Program-made: the position numbers and the translations under genes
The notes under the pieces: model-generated
Told to the model about the DNA's origin: nothing
Seen by the model: the letters and a program-made list of their open reading frames with translations, nothing else
Databases searched by the model: none
Assembly: GCA_963740355.1 (NCBI GenBank)
Contig: CAVUDW010000002.1
Coordinates: forward strand, 1,888,001 to 1,952,000
DNA length: 64,000 nt
Reading direction: 5' to 3'
From: an uncultured Gemmatimonadaceae bacterium
GTDB taxonomy: Bacteria; Gemmatimonadota; Gemmatimonadetes; Gemmatimonadales; Gemmatimonadaceae
Part shown: positions 1 to 10,382 of the stretch, one piece after another
Layout: each line of letters starts with the position of its first letter
How positions within the stretch are numbered: the first letter of the stretch is position 1

Positions 1-877
1 AGATGCGATCGCGAATTGCGCGTGGCGAGTCAACGACATCAGTATCTGCCGAACGCAGCACGATGCTGTCGATCGCCAGGCGCAGATTCAGTGCAGCCGC
101 CGTATCCTGGCGTGCGACAGCAGCACCCCACGCCGGTAACAGTTCTCGCCAGAGATACGAGCGTGTCGCCTCTACCCATCGGCCCGATTCCGCCGCGGCT
201 TTGCTCGACATTCGCAGCGGATCACCTTGGAGCGCGAGCGTTGGCGAAGGCGAACGAGACAGGTCGTGGTACACCTTCCACGCCGCGTCAGCCCCGTCGC
301 GAAGACCAAGCCAGGTGAGTGCCATCGCACAGTTCCAGGCAGCTCCGGCGGAGCGTGGATCCTGGTGCAGCGCGACGCGCGCCGCATCCAGTGCGGCGAT
401 CAAGTCGAGCGCATCCCGGCCGCGAGCGAAACGCGTGAGTAGCGCACCCGACAGGTCGGACCAGCTTGCCGATGACGTTGGGTCCAAGGCAGTCGCGGCC
501 TGCAGGCCCAGGATCGCGCGACGAAGTGCACTGGTGTCGCTGGCTGCATACCAGAGGTCCGCCAACGCACGCGCACGCCTCACCTCCGCTTCCGGCAAGG
601 ACGGCGCCGCGACCGCGATACCCTCCATGATGCGACCGGCGTCCGCCGCGGCTGCCGCCGATGGCATGGGCATGGCGCCGCATGGATCGTCGACAGCGCC
701 GAGCGTCACTGTGTCGCACGATTCGGGCAGATGGCCGGCAATGGCTGCGGCGCCCTGCCATGGCAGTGTTGCCAGCGATGTGGACGTCGCTCCGCCGTCT
801 CCACATGACGTGCCGGCGATGGCACTGATTGCAAGCCAAACCTGCCTCACGATCACACGCCGCCGCACAGTTGTCAC
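1..877 (-). CDS. N-terminal part of a TPR-like helical protein, runs off the window (style resembles N-termini of TPR+CHAT proteins)
   Basis: Not in the ORF track because it has no stop in the window. Manual translation from GTG 877 (GTGA overlap with the permease stop): MTTVRRRVIVRQVWLAISAIAGTSC...ALDPTSSASWSDLSGALL...AAWNCAMALTWLGLRDGADAAWKVY; TPR-like helices. Confidence 0.7.
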   Translation of the reverse strand, partial: MTTVRRRVIVRQVWLAISAIAGTSCGDGGATSTSLATLPWQGAAAIAGHLPESCDTVTLGAVDDPCGAMPMPSAAAAADAGRIMEGIAVAAPSLPEAEVRRARALADLWYAASDTSALRRAILGLQAATALDPTSSASWSDLSGALLTRFARGRDALDLIAALDAARVALHQDPRSAGAAWNCAMALTWLGLRDGADAAWKVYHDLSRSPSPTLALQGDPLRMSSKAAAESGRWVEATRSYLWRELLPAWGAAVARQDTAAALNLRLAIDSIVLRSADTDVVDSPRAIRDRI

Positions 878-2202
878 GTCAGTCGCCGCGTGCGCTGCCA
901 GAGCGCGTAGGCCACCACACCCACCACCACCGTCGCCAGCCCGAGTCCAGCGAATCCCCAACCGCTGGTCGAGAAGATGTAGAACCATCCCACCAGCGCG
1001 ATGATGCTTGGCACCGGATAGAACCACATCCGGAACGGCAGGACGAAACCCTTCCGCTGTCGCAGGATGTGCAGCGCCGCAATCTGGCCAACGAACTGGA
1101 TCAGGATCCGCGACGTCAGAAGCGCTGAAATCACATCGCCGAGCGAAAAGAAGCTGCAGAGGATCGACAACACGCCAAGCACCACCACCGCCACGTGCGG
1201 GAAGTTGCCTGTGGGATGCAGCCTGGCGAAGACCGCGAAGAAGTCGCCTTCGGCGGCTGCGGCCCACGCGATCCGGCTGTAGCCGAGCAAGAGCGCGAAG
1301 ACTGACGCCACCGCCGTCCACATCACCAACACCGTCACGGCCGACGCCGCCTTCGGACCATAGAGTCGATTCATGAAATCCGAGACGATGAAGGTGGACT
1401 TCATCGCTTCGCGCCACGGGATGACAGCGATCAGGCTCAGGTTCGTCAGGGCATACATCGTTGCGACGGCGAGCACCGACCAGATGATGGCGCGCGGAAT
1501 GACCTTGGCCGGATTCTTGATCTCGCCCGCGACGTAGCAGACATCGAAATAGCCGCTGAAGTCATACATCGCGATCAGCATCGCTGAGCCAAGCCCGCTC
1601 ACGAAGCCGAGGTTGAAGGTGAACGCGTTCGGTGGAAAGTCGAAGACGATGGCGGCATCGAAATGCGTCAGCCCGCTCACGATCACGATCGTCACCGTGA
1701 GCAGCATGCCGATCCACAACACCACCGTCAGCTTCCCGATGCTGCTGATCTTGCGGTAGAGCAGGGCAATCACCACGAGTCCGATGGCGACGCTGATGAG
1801 GCGTGCGCCCCACACGCCCATACCAGGCCAGAAATAGCCGGCGTATTGTGCGAAGCCGATGTAGCCGGACGCGATCTCGAGCGGCGCGCTGAGGATGAAT
1901 TGCCAGATGAACAAGAACGGCAGCACGCCGCCGAGTTTTGTGCTGCGGAACGCCTCGCGCAGGTATACGTAGGTGCCGCCGGTGCCTGGCATGGCCGCCG
2001 AGAGTTCGCTCCAGACCAACCCGTCACTCAAGGCGAGGACCGCGCCGAGCACCCAGCCCAGCATGCACTGCGGGCCGCCCATCGTGGCGATGATCAACGG
2101 GATCGTGATGAACGGCCCGACGCCGACCATGTTGCTCATGTTGAGCGCAATCGCCTGCACCTGTCCGAGGCTCCGCTCCAGCCCACGCGGCGACGTACTC
2201 AC
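874..2202 (-). CDS. APC-family amino acid permease
   Basis: LERSLG...NMVGVGPFITIP, WSELSAAMPGTGGTYVYL, GEIKNPAKVIPRAI motifs; many TM segments; GTG 2202 is the likely start. Confidence 0.92.
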   Translation of the reverse strand: MSTSPRGLERSLGQVQAIALNMSNMVGVGPFITIPLIIATMGGPQCMLGWVLGAVLALSDGLVWSELSAAMPGTGGTYVYLREAFRSTKLGGVLPFLFIWQFILSAPLEIASGYIGFAQYAGYFWPGMGVWGARLISVAIGLVVIALLYRKISSIGKLTVVLWIGMLLTVTIVIVSGLTHFDAAIVFDFPPNAFTFNLGFVSGLGSAMLIAMYDFSGYFDVCYVAGEIKNPAKVIPRAIIWSVLAVATMYALTNLSLIAVIPWREAMKSTFIVSDFMNRLYGPKAASAVTVLVMWTAVASVFALLLGYSRIAWAAAAEGDFFAVFARLHPTGNFPHVAVVVLGVLSILCSFFSLGDVISALLTSRILIQFVGQIAALHILRQRKGFVLPFRMWFYPVPSIIALVGWFYIFSTSGWGFAGLGLATVVVGVVAYALWQRTRRLT

Positions 2203-2388
2203 TGCGGGCCCACCACGCTGCGTGCAACGCGACTGGTCGAGCCCTGCTGCTGGGTGACGTGGTGCACGGGTCGATTCCGGTGGAGGCTGCTGGATACACC
2301 TGAGTACGGTCCTGCGTACGGCCCTGAGCGGCAAAGGTACCGCTCGCGCGCGCCGGTGGGACGGGCCGCAGGGGGGCCGTGGAACCGA

Positions 2389-2414
2389 AGTACTTCAACG
2401 GTTGTAGAACTACT
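2389..2414. promoter_or_regulatory. Imperfect palindrome, candidate ArsR-family operator
   Basis: AGTACTTCAA-CGGTTG-TAGAACTACT, an AT-rich island ~60 nt upstream of the OYE-ArsR operon. Confidence 0.5.
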
Positions 2415-2416
2415 GA

Positions 2417-3583
<1,167 letters not shown>

Positions 3584-3584
3584 C

Positions 3585-3875
3585 ATGACGACTCACGCTG
3601 CGGCGGATACGTCCGCCGAGCAACGCGCCACCGTCTTCAAGGCGCTCGGCGAACCGACGCGCCTGCGCATCGTCGACTTCCTTCGCCGGCGCGGCAAGGA
3701 AGCGACAGGCAGTGAAATCGCCGACCACGTCGGCATCAGCCTCGCCTTGCTATGCCATCACACCGATGCGCTGGTCGAAGCAGGTCTCGTCACGAAACGC
3801 AAGGAAGGCCAGACCAGCATCTGGCGCGTCAATTCGATTGCCCTCAGCGCCGCCCTGAAAAGCCTCGGCAGCTGA
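3585..3875 (+). CDS. ArsR/SmtB-family transcriptional regulator
   Basis: VFKALGEPTRLRIV...LCHHTDALVEAGLV..RKEG winged HTH; ATG lies 1 nt after the OYE stop. Confidence 0.9.
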   Translation: MTTHAAADTSAEQRATVFKALGEPTRLRIVDFLRRRGKEATGSEIADHVGISLALLCHHTDALVEAGLVTKRKEGQTSIWRVNSIALSAALKSLGS

Positions 3876-3904
3876 CTACAAGCGGTCGGGTGCTTGCGCT
3901 CAGC

Positions 3905-4461
3905 AACTCCGTCCCCCTTCCGCTCAGAGACTCCGTCCCCAAGTGCCAAAGACGTTCGCGGTGCGACGGACGCTGCTGCGGTCGCACTCCGTGAGCTCCG
4001 TGCGCTCCCCCTCATTGCAGTTCCTTCCCGCGCGATCGCGAGCAACCGCTGCACCGCGCACCGACGCTAACAGCAATTGGGGGGGAGGCCACGGAGCTCA
4101 CGGAGTGCTCCAGGTGCGACCTTGGCCTCTTCCCCAGCAACGGTGCTGAAGGGAACTGCTGGAGGAACTTCGTCCCCATGAACTGAAGAACTCCGTCCCC
4201 AAAGAACCAAAGACGTTCGCGGTGCGCCGGACGCTGCTGCGGTCGCACTCCGTGAGCTCCGTGCGCTCCCCCTCATTGCAGTTCCTTCCCGCGCGATCGC
4301 GAGCGGAGGCTGCACCGCGCACCGACGCTAACAGCAATTGGGGGGGAGGCCACGGAGCTCACGGAGTGCTCCGGTAGCAGTCTTGGCCTCTTCCCCAGCA
4401 ACGGTGCTGAAGGGAACTGCTGGAGGAACTTCGTCCCCTTGAGTTCTGGGAGTCCGTCCCC
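3905..4461. repeat. 261-bp-period tandem composite REP-like element (two cores with long inverted repeats, three junction doublets)
   Basis: AACTYCGTCCCC-type doublets at 3905/3929, 4166/4189 and 4427/4450. Each core has a perfect 19-bp IR: GCACTCCGTGAGCTCCGTG...CACGGAGCTCACGGAGTGC. Confidence 0.9.
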
Positions 4462-4495
4462 AGAGCTCCCCGCCGCCACAGGCGTCGGGTGCTGT

Positions 4496-4680
4496 CCTCC
4501 GCGCCACCGCGTCCCCCGCGCCTCCGCGTGAGGGAGTGTGGACCGTCAGGCGAAAGCGCAGCGTCGCCGCGCATGCGCACGCGCCGGACGATTGCCCGAT
4601 CCACCGCCCGTGAAGTCCGTCAGTGCGGAACGCCTTCGGAGTAAAGTCTCGCGCGGAGTCGCGAACGAGAAACGCGGAGG
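4496..4680. repeat. Degenerate inverted REP-like pair (CCTCCGCG...CGCGGAGG family)
   Basis: CCTCCGCGCCACCGCGTCCCCCGCGCCTCCGCGTGAG (~4496-4532) versus CTCGCGCGGAGTCGCG...ACGCGGAGG (~4648-4680). Confidence 0.5.
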
Positions 4681-4682
4681 AA

Positions 4683-5594
4683 CTACTGCAGGCTGATTCC
4701 GACCTCGAACGTCAGCGTCACGGTCACAGCCCCGCCGGCAGTGCCGGGCGCGGGTTGCAGGGTGGCGTTGATCGTGCCTTGCACGCGCGATGCCGTTTCG
4801 CTCGTGATCGTCACCGTGCCGGCGGAGAGGGCGTTGGTACCGCCCCAGGTGCCCGCGTTTGTGCCGGTGTTGATCAGGCGCAGCGTGTGCGTGGTGCCGG
4901 TGCCGAGTGTGTAGGTGCCGGGTGCCGTGTACTCGGTGAGGATCAGGCTCAGCGACTGCGCCGTGTTGGCCGCTGTGAAGGTGAGCGTACCTGACGTCGG
5001 GTTGGTGTTCGTCGTGACTGTGGCGGCGTTGAATGCAACCGTCGCAGCCGTGCCCGTGACCTTGCTCGCGGCATCAGGCGGGATCGTGATCGTCGTTGCG
5101 CCGGTGACCGGAATGCTGAACTGACCGTTCGTCACTGCACGGGTATTCGTCTGCGATTGACCCGGTAGTGGCGGTGCGTTGAAAGCGAATGATCCCGTGA
5201 TGCGCGATGTCGAGATCGTCGTGATCGTGACCGTCCCCGCAGCGCCGCTCAGTGGCGTGGCCCAGGTCGATGCGCCATTGGTGACCGTGGCACTTCCGCC
5301 TGCGACCGATGAGCCAACCCCGAGCGGATACGTGCCGGGAGTGGCGATGCCCGAAAATGTGACCGAGATCGCCGTGCCGCTCGACGTCGCAAGCCCAGCC
5401 ATCGTGAAGATCCCGCTCGACGTCGCGACTGCGGTGGGTGACAGGCTCTCCCATGGTGCCCCGTCGATGGTCGCGGTGAACTGCCGAATCACGACCGGCT
5501 CGGGCGACGTCGTCTCACTGCCACCGCCGCAGGCCGCAGCGAAGAACAGCAACGTCGCGGGCAGCACGCGGGGCAGGGCAGACCGTGGGTGCAT
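4683..5594 (-). CDS. Thr/Gly-rich beta-sheet lipoprotein with two internal domains, paralog 1
   Basis: Lipobox FAAAC; FTATIDGAPW start; repeated PGTYxLG...GTVTITxxxxxRxxG motif. Confidence 0.85.
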   Translation of the reverse strand: MHPRSALPRVLPATLLFFAAACGGGSETTSPEPVVIRQFTATIDGAPWESLSPTAVATSSGIFTMAGLATSSGTAISVTFSGIATPGTYPLGVGSSVAGGSATVTNGASTWATPLSGAAGTVTITTISTSRITGSFAFNAPPLPGQSQTNTRAVTNGQFSIPVTGATTITIPPDAASKVTGTAATVAFNAATVTTNTNPTSGTLTFTAANTAQSLSLILTEYTAPGTYTLGTGTTHTLRLINTGTNAGTWGGTNALSAGTVTITSETASRVQGTINATLQPAPGTAGGAVTVTLTFEVGISLQ

Positions 5595-5697
5595 CAATAC
5601 AGCCTCACAGCAACAGGTGGCTCGGTTCGGTGGCTGCTGGGAGCCTAGCGCGCCGTTCGCCCGAACGCGAGTTCCCTGTCTCCGATCTGCTGCCCCA

Positions 5698-6615
5698 TCA
5701 GGGTGTTGCGATCCCGATCTCGAATGTCACGTTGAGCGTCGTTGCGGCGGGGGCCAATGAACCGATCGGCTGGACCGTTGCCGTGAGCGTGCCCTTGATG
5801 CGTGTCGCGGTGGCGCTCGTGATGGTCAGCGTGCCGGTGGTATTGCCGTTGCTGCCACCCCACGAACCCGTCGGCGCGACCGTGTTGGTCACGCTCACCG
5901 TGCGCGATGCACCGGTGCCCAGCGTGTACGTGCCGACGCCGGTGTAGCCGGAAAGAATCACGTTCATCGTCTGCGCGCTGTTGCTTGCGCCGAAGGTGAA
6001 CGTGCCTGACGACGGCGCCGTCACCGTGACGACCGTCGCGGCGTTGAACGCCGTCCCGGCCACCGTGCCAGTCACCTTGCTGCCAGCGTAGTCGGGCACC
6101 ACCAGGGTTGCCGGCCCGCTGGTGATCGGCACATCGAACGTGCCCGCCGTGACGACACGGGTGTTCGTCACCGTCTGACCGATCAGCGGCGGTGCATTGA
6201 ACGTGAAGGTGCCCGCGACTCGCGTCGGCGAGACCGCCGTCACAGTTACCGTGCCCGCTGCGCCGCTCAACCCCGTTGACCAGATCGAACTGCCGCTGGT
6301 CACCGTCGCGGTGCCACCAGTCACCGAGGGGCCGACGCCGAGGGGATACGTCCCCGGTGCTGCGATCGAGTAGAGCGTCATCGTGATCGCTGTGCCTGAC
6401 CCCGTCTGCACGCCACCCAGGGCGAAGTTTCCGCCCGCACTGGCGCCGCCGCTCGTCACAGCCGACGACCAACTGGCGCCATCGATGCGGGCGGTGAAGG
6501 TGCCAGAGTTTCCACCGTTTCCAACCGGCCCACCACCGCCGCCGCCACACGCGGCCAGCCCGGCCAGCACGACCGCCGCAGCCAGGCGGACTGTGACTGG
6601 ATATTGAATCGCCAT
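5698..6615 (-). CDS. Thr/Gly-rich beta-sheet lipoprotein, paralog 2
   Basis: Lipobox LAAC; collinear with 4683-5594 over its whole length; GGAG RBS before ATG 6615. Confidence 0.85.
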   Translation of the reverse strand: MAIQYPVTVRLAAAVVLAGLAACGGGGGGPVGNGGNSGTFTARIDGASWSSAVTSGGASAGGNFALGGVQTGSGTAITMTLYSIAAPGTYPLGVGPSVTGGTATVTSGSSIWSTGLSGAAGTVTVTAVSPTRVAGTFTFNAPPLIGQTVTNTRVVTAGTFDVPITSGPATLVVPDYAGSKVTGTVAGTAFNAATVVTVTAPSSGTFTFGASNSAQTMNVILSGYTGVGTYTLGTGASRTVSVTNTVAPTGSWGGSNGNTTGTLTITSATATRIKGTLTATVQPIGSLAPAATTLNVTFEIGIATP

Positions 6616-6698
6616 CGCGCACTCTCCGAAAGAAGTCGCCCTACGCCTCTGCAGTGCATTGCGCAGGACGGCGATGGAAACCATCACCGATGACTCGA

Positions 6699-8963
6699 TC
6701 AGGTGCCTGTGCCGATCTGTCGGGTGTACTTGAGCACCAGCGACCGTGACTGCGGGCGGACCCAGCGGAAGAATGAATCGGCTTCTTCACCATCATTGAA
6801 GACGATGAAGAGCCCAGTCCCCGCCGTGTTCAGCCAGCCGAAGCGGGCATTGGCCGTCCAGGCGCGGGCCTGGTTGTTGTACTGCACCAGCGAGTTGATG
6901 AAGATCTTGGGCGTGAAGTTGTAGCCCAGTCGCGTGCCGATCAGCGTGCGCTGGAAGTTGCCCTGGTCCAGATGCACATCGTTGAAGTCCAGCACCAGCG
7001 ACGAGGTGAACGCGGCACCCTTGCGGAAGGTGATCTGCGTGCGGCCGCCGTTGCGCGTGCCATTGTAGAACGGTCCGAAATCGACACGCGTCGTAAGTGA
7101 CAGTGAACGACTCGGGTCGGTATCCCAGTCGAAGCCATAGACGAAGTAATCGTAGCTGCCGGCAGGCAGCGTCACACCGGGAGCGATTGTGAACGGTGCC
7201 TGCAGCCCCTCGTGATACCAGTTCACTTCCGGCCCCGCACGCCCGCCGTTGTTGAACGTCACTTCCGTCAGGTCGAAGTGCACCTGGCCACTCTGGAAGT
7301 AGTTGTCCAACCCGTAGTAGCCGCGATACGACATGTGCGGATTCCACTGCCGCACATTCGTCCACGACGGCTTCCGCACCAGGCGCATCACGGTGCCTTC
7401 GACGTAGCGATAGCCGCCAGTCCGATTGAGGAAGCCGACTTCCGGATTGAAGTCCCGCCCCGCCTGCAGCACACGCACCGAGTTGCTCCAATCACGCGTC
7501 GTGTAGCTCGCGAGTGAGCTGAAAGCGAGATCGTCGTTGCCCTTGCCCGGTGTCTCGGTCTTGCCGCCCCACCAGTCGAAAGTCACCGCGTCGCTGACGC
7601 CGATGCGGCCATCCACACCATAGGTGCGATTGTGGTCGGGACCGGTGTCGCCGAGGCCGAGGCGCTGCACGCCGATCAGGCCCACGCGCGAGCGTCGGCC
7701 CAGTTCCTTCGTCAATCGCGCCACGGAATACGAATTGCCCGGCTGTGTCGCGCTTCGATCATCGGTCACGATCTGCAACAGTCCCACCGTCATGCCACCG
7801 ATACGCCCTGACACACGTCCACCGCCGCGAATCGGCACCGGATTGCCGAGGGAGTCGATGCCGATGCGACGCGTGAAGAAGAGATCGACCGCCTGCGGCG
7901 TGCCGGCCGAAAAGATGCCGGCATTTTCGAGGAAGAAGGTGCGCTTCTCGGGAAAGAAGAGCGGGAACCGGGTCAGGTTTGTCCGCTGCTCATCGACTTC
8001 CACCTGCGCGAAGTCGGTGTTGTACGTCAGGTCGAGTGTCAGGCTTGGCGTGATGCCGTATTTCGCATCCACACCGAACTCGGTCGGATGGCGGTACTTC
8101 TGGTCCACGGCAAAGGTGCGCGTGTTGGAACTCAGCGCATATGGCGTCACCGTGGCCACCCGACGCACCGGCACGGTCAGCCCGCCAAGGGTGCCGGCGC
8201 GCGAGAGGCGATAGAGCGAGAACTGCCGCGGCACGAACGACCAGAGCGCTTCTTCATTCTTCCGTCGAATGCTGCGCGCCATGTTCATGCCCCACGTCTG
8301 CTTTGCATCGCCACCATAACGCAGCGTCGAAAACGGGATGCGGAACTCGGCATACCAGCCATTGCCATCCACCGACGTCGCCACCTTCCAGCTGCCGTCC
8401 CAGTTCAGGTTGAATCCGCCGAGCGCTCCGCTCTGCGCCCGTGTCTGCCCCGTCTGAGTCACGGCTCCACCTTCACCTTCGCGCGTCACCTGCCCATCGT
8501 ATTCGACACCGGCGGGCGTCGTCGCAAACACGAACCCGTTCTGCTTGTCGAGATAGGTGTCGAGGATGATCGCGAAATAGTCGCTGTTGGTGAGCAGCAC
8601 GTCGCGCAACTTTTCGCCGGCCACGATACCCTGTGGTTCCTTGTCATAGAGCCACGCCCCGATGTAGAGCGCCTGCCCATCGGTGAGGATGCGGACCTCG
8701 GTGCGTTCGGTCGCGGGATCGCCTTCCTTCGCTTCGCGCTGGATGAAGCCGTCGAAGGGAGTGGCCGCTTTCCACGCCTCTTCATCGAGATGGCCGTCGA
8801 TGGTCGGCGGTGTCGTAACCAGCGTCGCGAGCCCGGCGCGGCCGGCGCCAGCGTGAACGACGCGCGGCGCTGGGGCCATCGGCTGGGCGAGCGCGACACG
8901 GGTCGGGATCGAAAGCAGGGAAATCGCGCTGAGCGCGCGAATGAGGTACGAGCGTGAGGACAT
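6699..8963 (-). CDS. CBM9-like + DUF5916 outer-membrane protein
   Basis: PTIDGHLDEEAW, GWYAEFRIPFSTLRY, NTDFAQVEVD..NLTRFPLFFPEKRTFFLE motifs; signal peptide. Confidence 0.88.
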   Translation of the reverse strand: MSSRSYLIRALSAISLLSIPTRVALAQPMAPAPRVVHAGAGRAGLATLVTTPPTIDGHLDEEAWKAATPFDGFIQREAKEGDPATERTEVRILTDGQALYIGAWLYDKEPQGIVAGEKLRDVLLTNSDYFAIILDTYLDKQNGFVFATTPAGVEYDGQVTREGEGGAVTQTGQTRAQSGALGGFNLNWDGSWKVATSVDGNGWYAEFRIPFSTLRYGGDAKQTWGMNMARSIRRKNEEALWSFVPRQFSLYRLSRAGTLGGLTVPVRRVATVTPYALSSNTRTFAVDQKYRHPTEFGVDAKYGITPSLTLDLTYNTDFAQVEVDEQRTNLTRFPLFFPEKRTFFLENAGIFSAGTPQAVDLFFTRRIGIDSLGNPVPIRGGGRVSGRIGGMTVGLLQIVTDDRSATQPGNSYSVARLTKELGRRSRVGLIGVQRLGLGDTGPDHNRTYGVDGRIGVSDAVTFDWWGGKTETPGKGNDDLAFSSLASYTTRDWSNSVRVLQAGRDFNPEVGFLNRTGGYRYVEGTVMRLVRKPSWTNVRQWNPHMSYRGYYGLDNYFQSGQVHFDLTEVTFNNGGRAGPEVNWYHEGLQAPFTIAPGVTLPAGSYDYFVYGFDWDTDPSRSLSLTTRVDFGPFYNGTRNGGRTQITFRKGAAFTSSLVLDFNDVHLDQGNFQRTLIGTRLGYNFTPKIFINSLVQYNNQARAWTANARFGWLNTAGTGLFIVFNDGEEADSFFRWVRPQSRSLVLKYTRQIGTGT

Positions 8964-9123
8964 CGAATGCGTTAGTGGCGGGGAGGTCACGTGGCGCGTC
9001 GGACGAGCGGAACAGTAAGGCGTGTTCACGCCCCGTACGAGGAACAGAGGCTAGGCGTTGGGGGCTGGCCACCGGCACAGCGAACGCTGGAGCGCCGCGT
9101 TGACAGACGCTGTGAATCGGACT

Positions 9124-9145
9124 AACTACTGGAAAGCCAGTAGTT
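9124..9145. promoter_or_regulatory. Perfect 9-bp inverted repeat, candidate repressor operator in a divergent promoter
   Basis: AACTACTGG-AAAG-CCAGTAGTT, ending 21 nt before ATG 9167. Confidence 0.5.
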
Positions 9146-9166
9146 CATGATTTCCCCCGGAGGCGC

Positions 9167-10363
9167 ATGCGGCAGTGTGATCGAGTCGGGCAGGGCAGTG
9201 CCGGCAACGCCCGACCCACGCTGCGGCGGGCGCGAGCCATCGCGGTTGCTGTCCTCGGCTTCGCGATCGCTGCAGCGCCGACGGCCAGCGCGCAGGGGAG
9301 CGGCACCTTGCAGGGCCAGGTGATCGCGACCCAGACCGGTGTGGCGCTGGCCTATGCGGTCGTCAGCGTTCCACAACTCGCCGTCGAACGCTTCACCGAT
9401 CCGGACGGTCGGTTCACACTCACCACGCTGCCTGCCGGGAAATTCGAGGTGCTGGTCAAGCGCATCGGGTATTCGCCCTATCGTGCGCAGGTGGAGATCG
9501 CGGCGACGGGGATCACGCGACTCGACGTCCGGTTGACGCAATTGCCGGTACGAATTGCGGGCATGACCGTTCGCGCGCTCGCCAACTGCCCGCACCCGGG
9601 TGTGCCGACGGAGGCGGCGGAACCGGAGGTCTTTACGCTGATCTCACTGCTGCGTGAGAACGCGGATCGATATCGCTTGCTCTCCTCGCAGTATCCGTTC
9701 GTCTACCTGCAGGTGCGAGCCGTTGGTGCCCTGCGTGACACGACGCTATTCGTGCAGCGCGTGGACACGGTGCTGGTGAAGAGCGCGACGCGTGTCACCT
9801 ACCGCGCGGGTCGCGTGGTCGAGCGCACACGCAGTCCGCGAGGCGGCGCCGAGTACACGATGGCGATACCAACCATTCTCGACCTCGCGGACGAGGAGTT
9901 CTCGCGCAATCACTGCTTTTCGTTTGGCGGCACGAGTGTCCACGCCGGTGAAACCTGGCTTCGCCTAGAAGTGCGCGCGGCCGATCGAATCAAGGGACCT
10001 GACGTCCACGGCAACTTCTACCTCGACAGTGCCACATCGCAGCTTCGGCGCATGGACCTGACGCTCAGTCGGCCGGAGCGCTTGCCGCGTGAACTGCGCG
10101 CGGTGAGCGGCGTGGATGCGATGACCTCATTTCTCGACATCGCCGCGGGACTGTCGGTGATCGACCGCGTCTGTGGCTTGAATCACATTCGGGCGGGTAC
10201 GGCCCGGTCTGTGAAGGTGACGCCTGCTGAACTGCAACAGTTGCTGCAGTACGAGTTCACGGAGCCGCCCCCGGGTGTTCGGGCGGCGGCGGGGCGGGCG
10301 GCGCCAGAGGACTGGCGCGCCGGAGCGAAGCTGACCAAGGAAGTCGTCTGGTGCGCGAATTGA
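9167..10363 (+). CDS. Exported protein with N-terminal carboxypeptidase-regulatory-like domain
   Basis: Signal ending ASAQ; GTLQGQVI...TDPDGRFTLTTLPAGKFEVLVKRIGYSP. Confidence 0.8.
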   Translation: MRQCDRVGQGSAGNARPTLRRARAIAVAVLGFAIAAAPTASAQGSGTLQGQVIATQTGVALAYAVVSVPQLAVERFTDPDGRFTLTTLPAGKFEVLVKRIGYSPYRAQVEIAATGITRLDVRLTQLPVRIAGMTVRALANCPHPGVPTEAAEPEVFTLISLLRENADRYRLLSSQYPFVYLQVRAVGALRDTTLFVQRVDTVLVKSATRVTYRAGRVVERTRSPRGGAEYTMAIPTILDLADEEFSRNHCFSFGGTSVHAGETWLRLEVRAADRIKGPDVHGNFYLDSATSQLRRMDLTLSRPERLPRELRAVSGVDAMTSFLDIAAGLSVIDRVCGLNHIRAGTARSVKVTPAELQQLLQYEFTEPPPGVRAAAGRAAPEDWRAGAKLTKEVVWCAN

Positions 10364-10382
10364 GCGGTGGCGTTTGGCGATG

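Noticed and set aside
3905..4461. CRISPR array, IS element, or the short ORFs listed across it
   Set aside because: Only two long near-identical units, no transposase, and the ORFs are translations of the repeat.
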